From an uncultured delta proteobacterium (GTDB taxonomy: Bacteria > Desulfobacterota > Syntrophia > Syntrophales > Smithellaceae), in contig CAVWEH010000005.1 in assembly GCA_963753975.1 (NCBI GenBank), positions 96,001-160,000 of the forward strand: DNA of 64,000 bases, in the 5' to 3' direction. Positions 40,499-52,217 of the stretch are shown here, in pieces (the stretch's first letter is position 1; each line of letters begins with the position of its first letter). A model generated the notes under the pieces. It did no database searches. It saw only the letters and a program-made list of their open reading frames with translations, and had not been told where the DNA came from. The translations under genes and the position numbers were made by a program.

Positions 40499-40679
40499 CG
40501 GGTATAAATCCTAAAGCAAATTGCGGGGTATTATACCCCTGCTTATGCGGGATAATTCGGCTAACAAATTCCGATATACTTTGTTTCGGAATTTGAGTCT
40601 CATTACCCTCCACTGTGCGGGATTAATTCCACTTACGCTTTAAACTGCACTCCGTTTGTTTTCAGCGAGTGTCATTAAC
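40499..40679 (-). ncRNA. Unidentified structured non-coding element, copy 2
   Basis: Reverse-complement match to 513-600 with a substituted stem (CAAATTCCG/CGGAATTTG); same tandem-unit layout. Confidence 0.6.
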
Positions 40680-40751
40680 AAAAAACTTTTTCATTGACTA
40701 CATAATCATATCCTGTTTTATATATACAAAACACTTACCGGGAGTCATAAT

Positions 40752-42472
40752 ATGTACGAAAATAAGCCTTGGTTGAAATTTTACGGAGAAGTCCCACATA
40801 CGCTGGACTATCCGCGTATTTCCATGTACGAGGCAGTCAAGCGCTCCGCGGAGCTGCGGCCTGACGAGCTCGCCTACGACTTTCTCGGTTCCACATCCAC
40901 TTACCGCAGGTTTATGGAAGAAATCGATCACTGCGCCGATGCACTTTACTGCTATCGGCCTTGAGAAAAGGCGACAGAATCACCATCTCTATGCCGACAT
41001 CCCCGCAGGGTGTCATTTGTTTTTATGCCGCCAATAAACTGGGCGCGGTCTCGAGCATGATTCATCCCCTTTCCACGGCTAAAGAAATCGAATTTTACCT
41101 GAATACCGCGAAGAGCCGCTTTGCTCTGACGCTTGACGCCTTCTATGCTAAATTTAAGGAAGTGAAAGACAAAACACCTCTCACAACGCTGATCCTCGCA
41201 CGCATTCCCGACTACCTGAGTCCTCTTAAACGAATCGGATTTAATCTCACCGTGGGGCGCAAAATCCCGAAAGTCCCTCAAGACCCGATGGTTAAATGGT
41301 GGAGCGATTTAATGCGCGGCAAATATCCGCCCGCGCCCAAAGCTAAAGTAGATACCGACGATCTGGCCGTTATCTTATACAGCGGCGGGACGACCGGCGT
41401 ACCGAAAGGGATAATGCTATCCAACATGAATTTTATCTCTGAGGGCACGCAGGTTTCCGAATGGGGAAAGCTCTCCGATGCGGATTCCATTCTGGCCATT
41501 TTACCTATCTTCCATGGCTTCGGACTGGGTGTCTGCGTCAATGCCTGTTTTATGGGCGGCGGCAAAACCATTCTTATCCCGCAATTTACGCCCGAAACCG
41601 TCGCACAAATTATCAGCGCAAAGAAGCCTTCCTTTGTGGTTGGAGTTCCCACGCTGTTTGATGCGTTGAGCCGCAATCCAAAATTCTGCAAGGCCGATCT
41701 CAGTTGCCTGCGCGGCACATTCAGCGGCGCAGATACTTTGCCCCGGACAGTTAAAGAAAGATTTGAGGGAGCAGTGAAAAAGCAGGGCGGAAGCGTCCAG
41801 TTGCTGGAAGGTTACGGACTAACCGAAGCCGTTACGGCCATCATGTCGATGCCGATTAACCAATACAGAGAAGGCAGCATCGGAGTGCCTTTCCCGGATA
41901 TGCTGGCCAAGATTGTAAAGCTCGGCACGACCACGGAAGCTCCCTGCGGCCAGGAAGGTGAAATCTGTGTTTCGGGCCCCGCCGTCATGATGGGTTATCT
42001 CGATCAGCCGGAAGAAACAGCCGATACCCTGCGCAAGCATCCTGACGGAAAAATATGGCTGCATACCGGAGACATCGGCACAATGGATAAAGACGGATTT
42101 TTCTATTTCAAATTGCGGCAGAAACGAATGATCAAATCCTCGGGTATGAATGTTTATCCCGCCCAGGTCGAAGATATTCTTTACCAGCATCCGGATGTGC
42201 AGGATGCTTGTATTATCGGTGTTCCCGACGAGACCCAGGTTCAGGTCGTTAAAGGCATTGTCGTTCTTAAGGATCCTTCCAAAGCTTCTCCGGAGATGGA
42301 AAAGAAATTAATAAATTACTGCCGTGACCAGCTGATTAAATGGAGCTGTCCTCGGGAAATAGAATTCCGGGCTAGCCTGCCGAAAACACTGATTGGGAAA
42401 ATTGCCTTCAATGTCCTGGAGCAGGAAGAAATTGCTAAATTAAAGGCTGCCGGTAAATACGCAGGAAATTAA
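40752..42472 (+). CDS. Long-chain fatty-acid--CoA ligase, interrupted by apparent frameshift(s) near 40945-40960
   Basis: ORFs 40752-40964 and 40961-42472 join as ...ADALTAIGLRKGDRI if two bases are removed; YSGGTTGVPKG, EGYGLTE, WLHTGD. Confidence 0.85.
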
Positions 42473-42491
42473 ATAATAAAGGTACTATTAC

Positions 42492-43613
42492 ATGAAAAAA
42501 TTAACTGAACTGAAAAAGGTCATCTCCGATCCTTACGCCTACGTACGCAAATACAAAAAGAAAAGCGGTAAAAAGGTTGTCGGCTATTGTTGTTCCTACG
42601 CACCGGAAGAATTGATCTGGGCCGCGGGAGCTCTGCCCGTAAGAATGTTCGGCACCAATGAAAACATTCATCTTGCCGATACGCACCTGCAATCGTATTG
42701 CTGTTCGCTGGTACGGGGCGTTCTGGAAGAGGCTCTTAGCGACAAATTGGATTTTCTCGATGGAATTGTTTTTCCGCATACCTGCGATTCCTTCCAGCGG
42801 CTCTCCGATATCTGGCGGCTGAACATCACCCAACAGTTTCATCTGGATGTAGTTCTGCCGGTAAAACTCGATACGCCCAGCGCGAAAAGATATTTTGCCG
42901 ATATTTTGGAAAAATTCCGCAAAGACCTGGGCGCGGCTCTGGGGAAAGAAATTACCGACAGGATGCTGGCCAGATCCATTAAAACCTACAACAAAATCCG
43001 CGCGCTGGTCAGAACGCTTTATGAATTAAGAAGCAAGAACCCGCAAATTATCAGCGGCTCTGATTTCCATGCCATTATCAAGGCTGCCATGATTGTCGAT
43101 CGGGATTATTTTCTGAAGGCGCTTTCTGAAATTGTCGGGCAATTGAAAAAAGCAAAACCCACCAAGACTGCCTTCGCTGCGAAGCGCTTGGTGCTTTCCG
43201 GCAGTGTGTGCACTCATCCGGATATTTACGATATCATCGAAGAAGCGGGCGGAGTTGTTGTCGCCGATGATCTGTGCACCGGCTACAGATACTTTGAGGG
43301 AACGATGAACGAGAAAATCTCGCCTCTTAAAGCAATTACCAGGAGATATCTGGAACGGCTCATCTGCCCCGCCAAGCACCAACAGCTTAAGGAACGCGGC
43401 GAAAATCTCGTCCGCCTGGTCAAAGAAAATAAGGCGGACGGCGTAGTATTTTTATTGCTGAAATTCTGCGATCCGCACGCCTTCGATTATCCCTATATGA
43501 AGGAAATGCTGACGACAAAGGGAATTCCCTCCATGCAGTTGGATATGGAAGCGGAACTTCCTGCAATCGGGCAGTTGCAAACACGTTTCGAAACATTTAT
43601 CCAGATACTTTAA
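42492..43613 (+). CDS. 2-hydroxyacyl-CoA dehydratase/benzoyl-CoA reductase family subunit
   Basis: YAPEELI, PHTCD, DDLCTG, KFCDPH. Confidence 0.85.
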   Translation: MKKLTELKKVISDPYAYVRKYKKKSGKKVVGYCCSYAPEELIWAAGALPVRMFGTNENIHLADTHLQSYCCSLVRGVLEEALSDKLDFLDGIVFPHTCDSFQRLSDIWRLNITQQFHLDVVLPVKLDTPSAKRYFADILEKFRKDLGAALGKEITDRMLARSIKTYNKIRALVRTLYELRSKNPQIISGSDFHAIIKAAMIVDRDYFLKALSEIVGQLKKAKPTKTAFAAKRLVLSGSVCTHPDIYDIIEEAGGVVVADDLCTGYRYFEGTMNEKISPLKAITRRYLERLICPAKHQQLKERGENLVRLVKENKADGVVFLLLKFCDPHAFDYPYMKEMLTTKGIPSMQLDMEAELPAIGQLQTRFETFIQIL

Positions 43614-43647
43614 GCTGAAAAAAGTAAAATTACGTAAGGAAAAGAAA

Positions 43648-44941
43648 ATGAAAAAAGCTATATCTGAATTCTTTAAAATGGCTCTGATCTTACTGATAGG
43701 CAAAATAAAAAAGTTCGGCATGCGCTATAAGAAAACCAAGACGATGAAAGACTATATGATGGTCTATTACAGCGAGGCCAAATCGGCGCGCCTGACCGGT
43801 AAGAAAGTAGCCTGGATAACGAGCGGCGGACCCGTTGAGCCGCTGGTTGCTATGGATGTAATCCCGATTTATCCGGAGAACCATGGCGCCATGATCGGCG
43901 CCAGCAAAATGGGCGGCGGACTCTGCGAGCTGGCTGAAGGCATGGGATATTCGCAGGATCTGTGTTCTTATGCCCGTTCCGATATCGCCTGTGCCACGGC
44001 GGTCAACGGCGGGCCGATAGGCGGCCTTCCCCGGCCCGATATGCTTGTCTGCTGTAACAACATTTGCGGCACGGTGCTCAAATGGTACGAAGTCCAGGCG
44101 CGGTATTTCAATGTGCCACTTTTCTTTCTCGATACTCCTTTCTGCCATACCGAATATACGAAAGAAGCCGCTAAGTACGTCCGCGCTCAGATTGATGAAT
44201 ACATTGTTTTTCTGGAAGATGTCTGCAAGAAAAAATTCGATTTCGAGCGCCTTAAAGAAGTCGGGCGTCTCTCCCATCAAGGACAACTTTTGTGGCAGGC
44301 TGTCCTCGATACCGCCATGCACAAGCCCTCTCCCATGAGTGCGTTTGACGCCTTCTATCACCTCGCCTTGATCGTGACCCTGCGCGGCACCCAGGATGTA
44401 ATCGATTATTATACCTGGCTTGTCGCCTACATGAAAGACCGCATCGCCCGCGGGATCGGTGCGGTGCCCAATGAAAAATACCGCTCTGCTCTGGGACAAT
44501 ATTCCCATCTGGCATCGTACGAGATGGCTTTCCGAAAAATTTGCTTCCCACAATGCCTGCCTTGTTGCCGACACATACACCACGGCGTGGTGCGGGGCGC
44601 TGAAATATATCGATGAAAACAAGTTCCTTGATTCTATAGCCGAAGCACAGACGCGGATCTATTTGAATATCGGTATCGATGAAATGGCCAAAATGGTTCT
44701 CGAGATGATAGATAAATACGATGTGGACGGTTTTGTCCTGCACTCGAACCGGAGCTGCAAGCCGTATTCATTCGGACAGCTCGATATCCAAAGCATCGTC
44801 GAAAAAGAAAGAGGACTGCCTTGCCTGATGATCGAATCGGATATGACGGATGAGCGAAGCTTTTCCGAAAGCCAGATTTCAACCAGAATCGACGCCTTCA
44901 TGGAAATCATCAAAGAGAGGAAAAGCTCAAGCAAGTTATGA
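43648..44941 (+). CDS. 2-hydroxyacyl-CoA dehydratase family subunit, with an apparent +1 frameshift near 44485
   Basis: YPENH, DLCSY, CNNIC in frame 1; LLWDNIPIW, HSNRSCK, TRIDAF in frame 2. Confidence 0.85.
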
Positions 44942-45954
44942 AAATTGTACATAATAGAATGTTTTTCGTACTATTGCTTACATTAACTTTTTTAACTACT
45001 CCCGCCGAGAGTGAAGGATTGAAGAATGACAAATCGAATATTCCGATAGATAACAGAGGCATCGCGATTGAAGAACAGTTTTTAGGACCTTTCAAATTAG
45101 GCGAACCAAAAGCAGAAACAATAAAAAAGTTGGGAGCAGTTGGGTTAGCAGATTCTGACAGAATGCTTTTTAAAGATAATTGGACAGCTTGGATAGATCA
45201 AAAGAAAATGACTTTAAAAGGCATCGCCTATAGTGAATCCTCCGGAACTAAGAATGAACATGTTTATCCAAAAACGTCCAATTCAATTACCATCGGCAGC
45301 AAATTAGTCGAGGTGGAGAAGGCATATGGTAATCCCGACTCAACTCTTGCTGGAAAATCGCCATTTGTCTTAAGGAATAGTGATTTATCTTTGATATATG
45401 TGTATTCAACAAAGGGATTATGGATAATTTTCTTCAATAGCAAGCCTTACAGTGGCACATATGATTGGAGGGTCACTGATATTGCTATAGGGAATAAAGA
45501 TATAATAGAGAATATGATCTACGGGTCACAGGCTTATGCTACAAAGCCAATAACACCAAGTAAGAAAAGACATATTATTAGCACCTATGAAAAAAAATAT
45601 GGGAAAGAAAAAGAATTAGAAATCTTTGATGATTACATGTACGCACTTCAGGTGGCAATTTTTGATTATATAAAATCAACTGGTGAATATGTTGTTACTC
45701 CATTAATGATATTACCGAAAGATGAAGTAATTTTGAAAGAGTTTAACAGCAAGCTAGCTGATGATGGTCCATTGTCAAAGAAATTAGAAAGTCAATCAAA
45801 AAAAGTTGCTATTTTAAAACATAATATCTCATTGGACCAGCTAGAACAAATAGTTAAAAGAGTCGAAAAGATCAAGGATGAACTCTCCCACGAGGAATTT
45901 GCAGATTACAACGCCATTTTGTTGAGACAGCTGGAACAAAAAAAGAAGCCCTGA
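44938..45954 (+). CDS. Hypothetical exported protein (AT-rich)
   Basis: 338-aa ORF with signal-peptide-like N-terminus; no family recognised. Confidence 0.65.
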   Translation: MKIVHNRMFFVLLLTLTFLTTPAESEGLKNDKSNIPIDNRGIAIEEQFLGPFKLGEPKAETIKKLGAVGLADSDRMLFKDNWTAWIDQKKMTLKGIAYSESSGTKNEHVYPKTSNSITIGSKLVEVEKAYGNPDSTLAGKSPFVLRNSDLSLIYVYSTKGLWIIFFNSKPYSGTYDWRVTDIAIGNKDIIENMIYGSQAYATKPITPSKKRHIISTYEKKYGKEKELEIFDDYMYALQVAIFDYIKSTGEYVVTPLMILPKDEVILKEFNSKLADDGPLSKKLESQSKKVAILKHNISLDQLEQIVKRVEKIKDELSHEEFADYNAILLRQLEQKKKP

Positions 45955-46042
45955 TTATGGAAAACTACGTACCAGTTCTATTTATTTGGGAAAAAAGAAC
46001 GTTCCACATTACGAGGTCAAGATTATAGATAAGAACAAAAAC

Positions 46043-46810
46043 ATGCGCACAGCAGGCATAGATATAGGCTCTATCACCGCGAAGGCCGCGATTGTCGAAG
46101 ACGGCAAACTCATTGGCTCGAAGGTTATATTCACCGGATATAACGCGGAAGCCGCGGGTTTGAAGGTTTTCGAGGAAATTCTCAGTGAATACGGGCTCAA
46201 TAAATCGTCCGTGGAAAAAATTGTTTCCACCGGCTACGGCAGAAACAGCGTAAAATTTGCCGATAAATCTTTCACGGAAATCATGTGCCATGCTGCCGGC
46301 GCCCATTACCTGGATCCGCACGTTCGCTCGATCATCGATATCGGCGGACAGGATAGTAAAGCCATTCTTCTGGACGAGCACGGCAAAGTTAAAAACTTTG
46401 TCATGAACGATAAATGCGCCGCGGGGACAGGGCGTTTTTTGGAAGTCATGGCCAGGGCGTTGGAAGTCGACCTCGATGATTTCGGAGCGATATCGATAAA
46501 ATCACGACAGCCATCCAAAATAAGTTCTCTTTGCACAGTGTTTGCGGAATCGGAAGTGGTATCGCTTATTGCCCGGGGAGAAAAACGGCAGGACATCATT
46601 GCCGGCATTCACGAATCCATTGCGGCCAGAATTTCATCGATGATCGCCCGCATCGGGGTGAAAGAGCCGGTGATGGTAACGGGAGGCGTGGCGCGCAATA
46701 TCGGAGTCGTCAAAGCGCTCGAGAAAAAACTGGGTGTGAAAATCGAAGTCTCGTCTTATGCCCAGGTCAACGGGGCGATAGGCGCGGCATTTTTAGCTGC
46801 TTCATTATAA
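46043..46810 (+). CDS. CoA-substrate-specific enzyme activase (HgdC/BcrAD family ATPase)
   Basis: GIDIGS, TGYGR, EIMCH, DIGGQD, MNDKCAAGTG, CTVFAESE. Confidence 0.92.
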   Translation: MRTAGIDIGSITAKAAIVEDGKLIGSKVIFTGYNAEAAGLKVFEEILSEYGLNKSSVEKIVSTGYGRNSVKFADKSFTEIMCHAAGAHYLDPHVRSIIDIGGQDSKAILLDEHGKVKNFVMNDKCAAGTGRFLEVMARALEVDLDDFGAISIKSRQPSKISSLCTVFAESEVVSLIARGEKRQDIIAGIHESIAARISSMIARIGVKEPVMVTGGVARNIGVVKALEKKLGVKIEVSSYAQVNGAIGAAFLAASL

Positions 46811-46821
46811 TTAAATCTAAT

Positions 46822-48273
46822 ATGGGCAAAGAAACTTCTACCAAGGCAAATATGAACGATATCCGCCGGACGAAAATAGTCTGCACGCTGGGACCGGCTA
46901 GCGACACGCCGGCTATAATTGAAAAGATGATCAGAGCAGGAATGAATGTTGCGCGTCTTAATTTTTCCCATGGGAGCCATGAAGATCACGGCAAGAAAAT
47001 CAAGATTATTCGGAAGCTTGCGGAAAAATTAAATCATCCCGTCGCTATTCTTCAGGACCTGGCCGGCCCGAAAATCCGCATTGGCCGTATTCCTGATCCG
47101 GGCATTGTGTTACAACCCGGCGCCGCTATTATTTTGACAACTGTTCAGCTGGAAGGAAATAAGGAGCGTGTCTCCGTATCTTATGACTCATTGCCTGACG
47201 AAGTGCGCCCTCAAGACCGCCTCCTTCTGGCCGACGGCCTTCTGGAACTGACTGTTGTGAAAACAAGTCCTACGGAAATTATTTGCCGTGTGGTCACCGG
47301 CGGTTTGCTCACTTCGCACAAAGGAATCAATCTGCCCACGGGAACAATTCGTACACCCGCCGTCACCGATAAAGACCGCAAGGATTTGCTCTTCGGCATT
47401 GAAAACGATGTGGACTATGTGGCCGTTTCTTTTGTCAGGAGGGCGCAGGATATCCTCGACGTCAAAAAGCTTATCGGTGCAAGTCGCAAAGACATCCCCG
47501 TTGTGGCCAAAATCGAGAAACACGAGGCTGTGGACAATCTGGACGAAATCATCGCGGCATCCGACGGCGTTATGGTGGCGCGCGGTGACCTGGGCGTAGA
47601 AATTCCCCTGGAGGACGTTCCCCTGATTCAGAAAAGAATTATCAGAGAAGCCAACGCCGTGGGCAAATTTGTGATAACGGCAACACAGATGCTCCGGTCG
47701 ATGGTGGATGCACCGCGGCCCACCAGAGCGGAAGCGGCCGACGTGGCCAATGCAGTTCTCGACGGAACGGACGCCGTAATGCTCTCTGAGGAAACCGCTT
47801 CGGGCAATTATCCCACCGAGGCTATTCGGTTTATGGATAGAATATGCCGCACCGCGGAAACCGGGTTCCCTTATCGCCATTTTTTGGAAATGGTGCCCAA
47901 AAAAGACGTATCCGAATCCGTGGCTCACGCCGCCTGCGTTCTGGCCGAACACCTCGATGCGAAGGTTATTGTTTCCCGCACTTATTCGGGAGCGACGGCG
48001 CGTTTTATTTCGCGTTTTCGCCCTAAACAGCCGATTGTCGCCCTATCGCCGGAAGCAAAAACCGTCCGGCGTTTAGCCATGATTTGGGGCTGTTTTCCCA
48101 GGCTTGCGGAAAATCCCGATGTTCCCGATGAGCTTGTGGAAAATGCCGTCCGCTCCATTTTGCCCCAGGACGCTTTATCCAAGAGCGACCTGATGGTTAT
48201 GACGCTCGGCCATTCCCAGTGGCTTACGGGGTCGACGAATATTGTGCAGGTAAAGCGTTTGATAAATATTTAA
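46822..48273 (+). CDS. pyk: Pyruvate kinase
   Basis: RTKIVCTLGP, RLNFSHG, MVARGDLGVE, ATQML; start is ATG 46822 or 46852. Confidence 0.95.
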   Translation: MGKETSTKANMNDIRRTKIVCTLGPASDTPAIIEKMIRAGMNVARLNFSHGSHEDHGKKIKIIRKLAEKLNHPVAILQDLAGPKIRIGRIPDPGIVLQPGAAIILTTVQLEGNKERVSVSYDSLPDEVRPQDRLLLADGLLELTVVKTSPTEIICRVVTGGLLTSHKGINLPTGTIRTPAVTDKDRKDLLFGIENDVDYVAVSFVRRAQDILDVKKLIGASRKDIPVVAKIEKHEAVDNLDEIIAASDGVMVARGDLGVEIPLEDVPLIQKRIIREANAVGKFVITATQMLRSMVDAPRPTRAEAADVANAVLDGTDAVMLSEETASGNYPTEAIRFMDRICRTAETGFPYRHFLEMVPKKDVSESVAHAACVLAEHLDAKVIVSRTYSGATARFISRFRPKQPIVALSPEAKTVRRLAMIWGCFPRLAENPDVPDELVENAVRSILPQDALSKSDLMVMTLGHSQWLTGSTNIVQVKRLINI

Positions 48274-48336
48274 TTCACAGACCGAAAAATAGATAAAGAA
48301 TATTCCGTAATCGGTTGACATGAATCCATCTTGTGA

Positions 48337-49363
<1,027 letters not shown>

Positions 49364-49381
49364 AAAAGGCAGCTAAAAAGT

Positions 49382-50566
49382 ATGAAGTACATAGATCAGA
49401 TAGATATGAAGGGCAAAAGGGTGTTTTTGCGGGTAGATTTTAATGTTCCCATGGACAAGTCCGGCAACGTCACGGACGACACCCGTGTGCGGGCGCATTT
49501 GCCGACAATAAAATACGCTCTGGAAAAAGGAGCGAAATTAATTCTCGCCTCCCATCTGGGGAGACCCAAAGGAAAAAGGGTTGAGGAAATGTCTTTACAG
49601 CCGGTCGTAAAGATACTTTCCTCTCTCCTGAAAAAAGACGTAGTTTTTGTCGATGATTGTATCGGCGAAAAAGTGGAACAGGCCGTAGGCAAAATGAAAG
49701 AAGGCGATATTATCCTACTGGAGAATCTCCGCTTTCAGCCGGGAGAAGATAAAAACGACCCGGAATTCGCTAAAAAACTCGCCTCTCTTTGCGATATATA
49801 TATTGATGACGCTTTTGCTGTTTCGCACCGGGCGGCGGCGTCCAATTCGGCCATCACCGGATTTATGAAAACATGCGCCGCTGGATTTCTCTTGAAAAAT
49901 GAAATCGAATACTTCCGCAAAGCCATGGTTAATCCGGCCAGGCCTCTGGTTGCCATCATCGGCGGCTCGAAGGTCTCCGATAAAATAGGCGTACTGGAAA
50001 AAATAACGGAAAAGGTGGATAAACTGCTTATCGGCGGCGGCATGGCCTTTACTTTCTTAAATGCGCAGGGTTTCGGCATCGGCAAATCTTTGTGCGAGGA
50101 CGATATGCTGGAGCTCGCGCGCAAAATTATGCAAAAAGCCAAAGAGAAAAATGTGCAGTTCCTATTGCCTGTAGATGCCGTGATTGCCCAGAGCGCCTCC
50201 GCGGATGCCGAGGTAAAAATTTGCGGCATAAAAGAAATTCCGGCAGATTGGATGGGGCTCGATATCGGCCCCGCCACGATTTCTTTATTTTCCGGCGCTT
50301 TGCAAGGCGTGAAAACCATCGTCTGGAACGGCCCCATGGGCATGTTTGAGTTGGCGCCTTTTAGTAAAGGAACTTTTTCATTGGCCTCTGCCGTGGCGAA
50401 TTCGGGGGCGCTCTCCATTATCGGCGGCGGCGATACGGATACCGCTATCCATCAGGCAGGGCAAAGCGCGAAGATGTCTTATATTTCCACCGGTGGCGGC
50501 GCGTTTCTGGAATTGCTGGAAGGCAAAACTCTGCCGGGAATTGCCGCGCTCGAATCACGGGCATAA
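49382..50566 (+). CDS. pgk: Phosphoglycerate kinase
   Basis: RVDFNVP, SHLGRP, LENLRF, STGGGA. Confidence 0.97.
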   Translation: MKYIDQIDMKGKRVFLRVDFNVPMDKSGNVTDDTRVRAHLPTIKYALEKGAKLILASHLGRPKGKRVEEMSLQPVVKILSSLLKKDVVFVDDCIGEKVEQAVGKMKEGDIILLENLRFQPGEDKNDPEFAKKLASLCDIYIDDAFAVSHRAAASNSAITGFMKTCAAGFLLKNEIEYFRKAMVNPARPLVAIIGGSKVSDKIGVLEKITEKVDKLLIGGGMAFTFLNAQGFGIGKSLCEDDMLELARKIMQKAKEKNVQFLLPVDAVIAQSASADAEVKICGIKEIPADWMGLDIGPATISLFSGALQGVKTIVWNGPMGMFELAPFSKGTFSLASAVANSGALSIIGGGDTDTAIHQAGQSAKMSYISTGGGAFLELLEGKTLPGIAALESRA

Positions 50567-50578
50567 AGGAGAAAATAA

Positions 50579-51334
50579 ATGAGAGAATGGATTGTAGCCG
50601 GAAACTGGAAGATGAACAACACCATGCAGGAATCAGTGGCGCTCGCGAAGGCCATTGTCGATGGCGTTAAAACCATAAAAAAAGGCGAAGTTGTTTTGGC
50701 TCCGCCTTTTACGGCTTTGTCCCGTGTCTCGGAAATTATCAAAGGCTCACACGTGACGCTTGCGGCACAAAATATGTTTTATGAAGACAAAGGCGCATAC
50801 ACGGGCGAAATAGCACCGGGAATGCTCAAGGACATCGGCTGCACCTACGTAATTATCGGCCATTCGGAACGGCGTAAATATTTTCACGAACAAGACAAAG
50901 ACGTGAATTTAAAAGTCAAGAAGGCATTGGCTGCGGGTTTGAAGCCCATCATGTGCGTCGGAGAAACTGACGAGGAAAGGGTAAAAGGAATTACCCAATC
51001 GGTGGTCGGCAGGCAAGTAAAACAGGGACTCAGCGGCGTGGAAAAAATAGACAATATTGTCATCGCTTACGAGCCTGTATGGGCAATTGGAACGGGAAAA
51101 GTTGCCACATCCGCGCAGGCACAGGAAGTGCACCAATTCATCCGCGGCATCTTAAAAGATTTGTATGGCAACGCAGCTAACGACATCCGCATCCTTTATG
51201 GCGGCAGTGTGACCAAAGACAATATCGGCGAATTAATTGCTATGGAAGATATCGACGGCGCGCTCGTCGGGGGAGCATCGCTAAAGCCGGACGGATTTCT
51301 GGGTATAATTCAAAAAATTTCCGGGAAGAAATAA
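50579..51334 (+). CDS. tpiA: Triosephosphate isomerase
   Basis: AGNWKMN, GHSERR, AYEPVWAIGTG, YGGSV. Confidence 0.97.
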   Translation: MREWIVAGNWKMNNTMQESVALAKAIVDGVKTIKKGEVVLAPPFTALSRVSEIIKGSHVTLAAQNMFYEDKGAYTGEIAPGMLKDIGCTYVIIGHSERRKYFHEQDKDVNLKVKKALAAGLKPIMCVGETDEERVKGITQSVVGRQVKQGLSGVEKIDNIVIAYEPVWAIGTGKVATSAQAQEVHQFIRGILKDLYGNAANDIRILYGGSVTKDNIGELIAMEDIDGALVGGASLKPDGFLGIIQKISGKK

Positions 51335-51675
51335 TTTGTACCACTTCGCTTTTAAAGGATAACGCGACAAAATTGGAGTTTAGCGGATGCCATGTCGGAA
51401 AAAAGTTTGTCGTGATCGGAATGGTTATAGGCTCCATCGCAGGAGGGTATGCGCCGACACTATTCGGTACTGACTACCATTGCCGCTTCATTAATAGGAA
51501 GTGTCATTGGTGGATTACTTGGCATATGGGGAGCCTACGAACTCTATGGATAAATAGACGTTTCTTCAAGGCGATACGCCTAATGATATTCGCCGCTACG
51601 CGCTCGCTTACCCGAAAGCTCGCTACAGGGAATGCTCGCTGCCGAATTCAAAAAATTGCCGGGAAGAAATAATTT
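51307..51675 (+). repeat. 31-bp direct repeat (tpiA 3' end) flanking a 307-bp insert
   Basis: AATTCAAAAAATT(T/G)CCGGGAAGAAATAATTT at 51307-51337 and 51645-51675. Confidence 0.85.
51392..51553 (+). pseudogene. Small Gly-rich two-helix membrane protein, frameshifted
   Basis: Pieces in different frames: KKFVVIGMVIGSIAGGYAPTLFG and SLIGSVIGGLLGIWGAYELYG*. Confidence 0.5.
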
Positions 51676-51771
51676 CAGCAATTCTTTTTTGTCGCAGGAC
51701 TAATTTATCTTGATAGCAGGTATAAAGATAAGCTGCGATCTTAGTCCCCGAAGTTGCGAAGGAAGCTCTGT

Positions 51772-52206
51772 ATGGCAGAAAAATCCAGTTGTGTTTTTTG
51801 CGACATTATCGCGGGCAAGGCTAAAGCCTACAAAATTTATGAAGATGAACTATCCGTGTGCATTCTGGATATTCATCCCTATACAAAAGGACATTGCCTG
51901 GTCCTCGCCAAAAGACACGTACCCTGGTGGCATGAATTGACCGATGAAGAAAATACGAGCCTCTTCAAGGTTGCCAAAATCGTTGCTAAGAAAATGATGG
52001 AGGCCTTTAAACCGGACTTTGTCTTTCTTTACGCCCGCGGCCGAAGAATTCCCCATACTCATCTTTTCCTCATACCCACTTACCACGGTGATGTTTTGGA
52101 CCGGTTTTTTAATGCTTTGGAAAATTTTCAGGAAGCGCCGCAAATGCTGACAAAATTAAAAGATCCGGTAGAAATGGAAGAAGCAGCGCTGCTTCTAAAA
52201 TTTTAA
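51772..52206 (+). CDS. HIT family nucleotide hydrolase
   Basis: CVFC, GHCLV, PHTHLF (last His of the triad replaced by Phe). Confidence 0.85.
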   Translation: MAEKSSCVFCDIIAGKAKAYKIYEDELSVCILDIHPYTKGHCLVLAKRHVPWWHELTDEENTSLFKVAKIVAKKMMEAFKPDFVFLYARGRRIPHTHLFLIPTYHGDVLDRFFNALENFQEAPQMLTKLKDPVEMEEAALLLKF

Positions 52207-52217
52207 GGAATGGTACA

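Noticed and set aside
46531..46821. Long N-terminal extension of pyruvate kinase in the ORF track
   Set aside because: It overlaps the activase gene in another frame; the real start is ATG 46822 or 46852.
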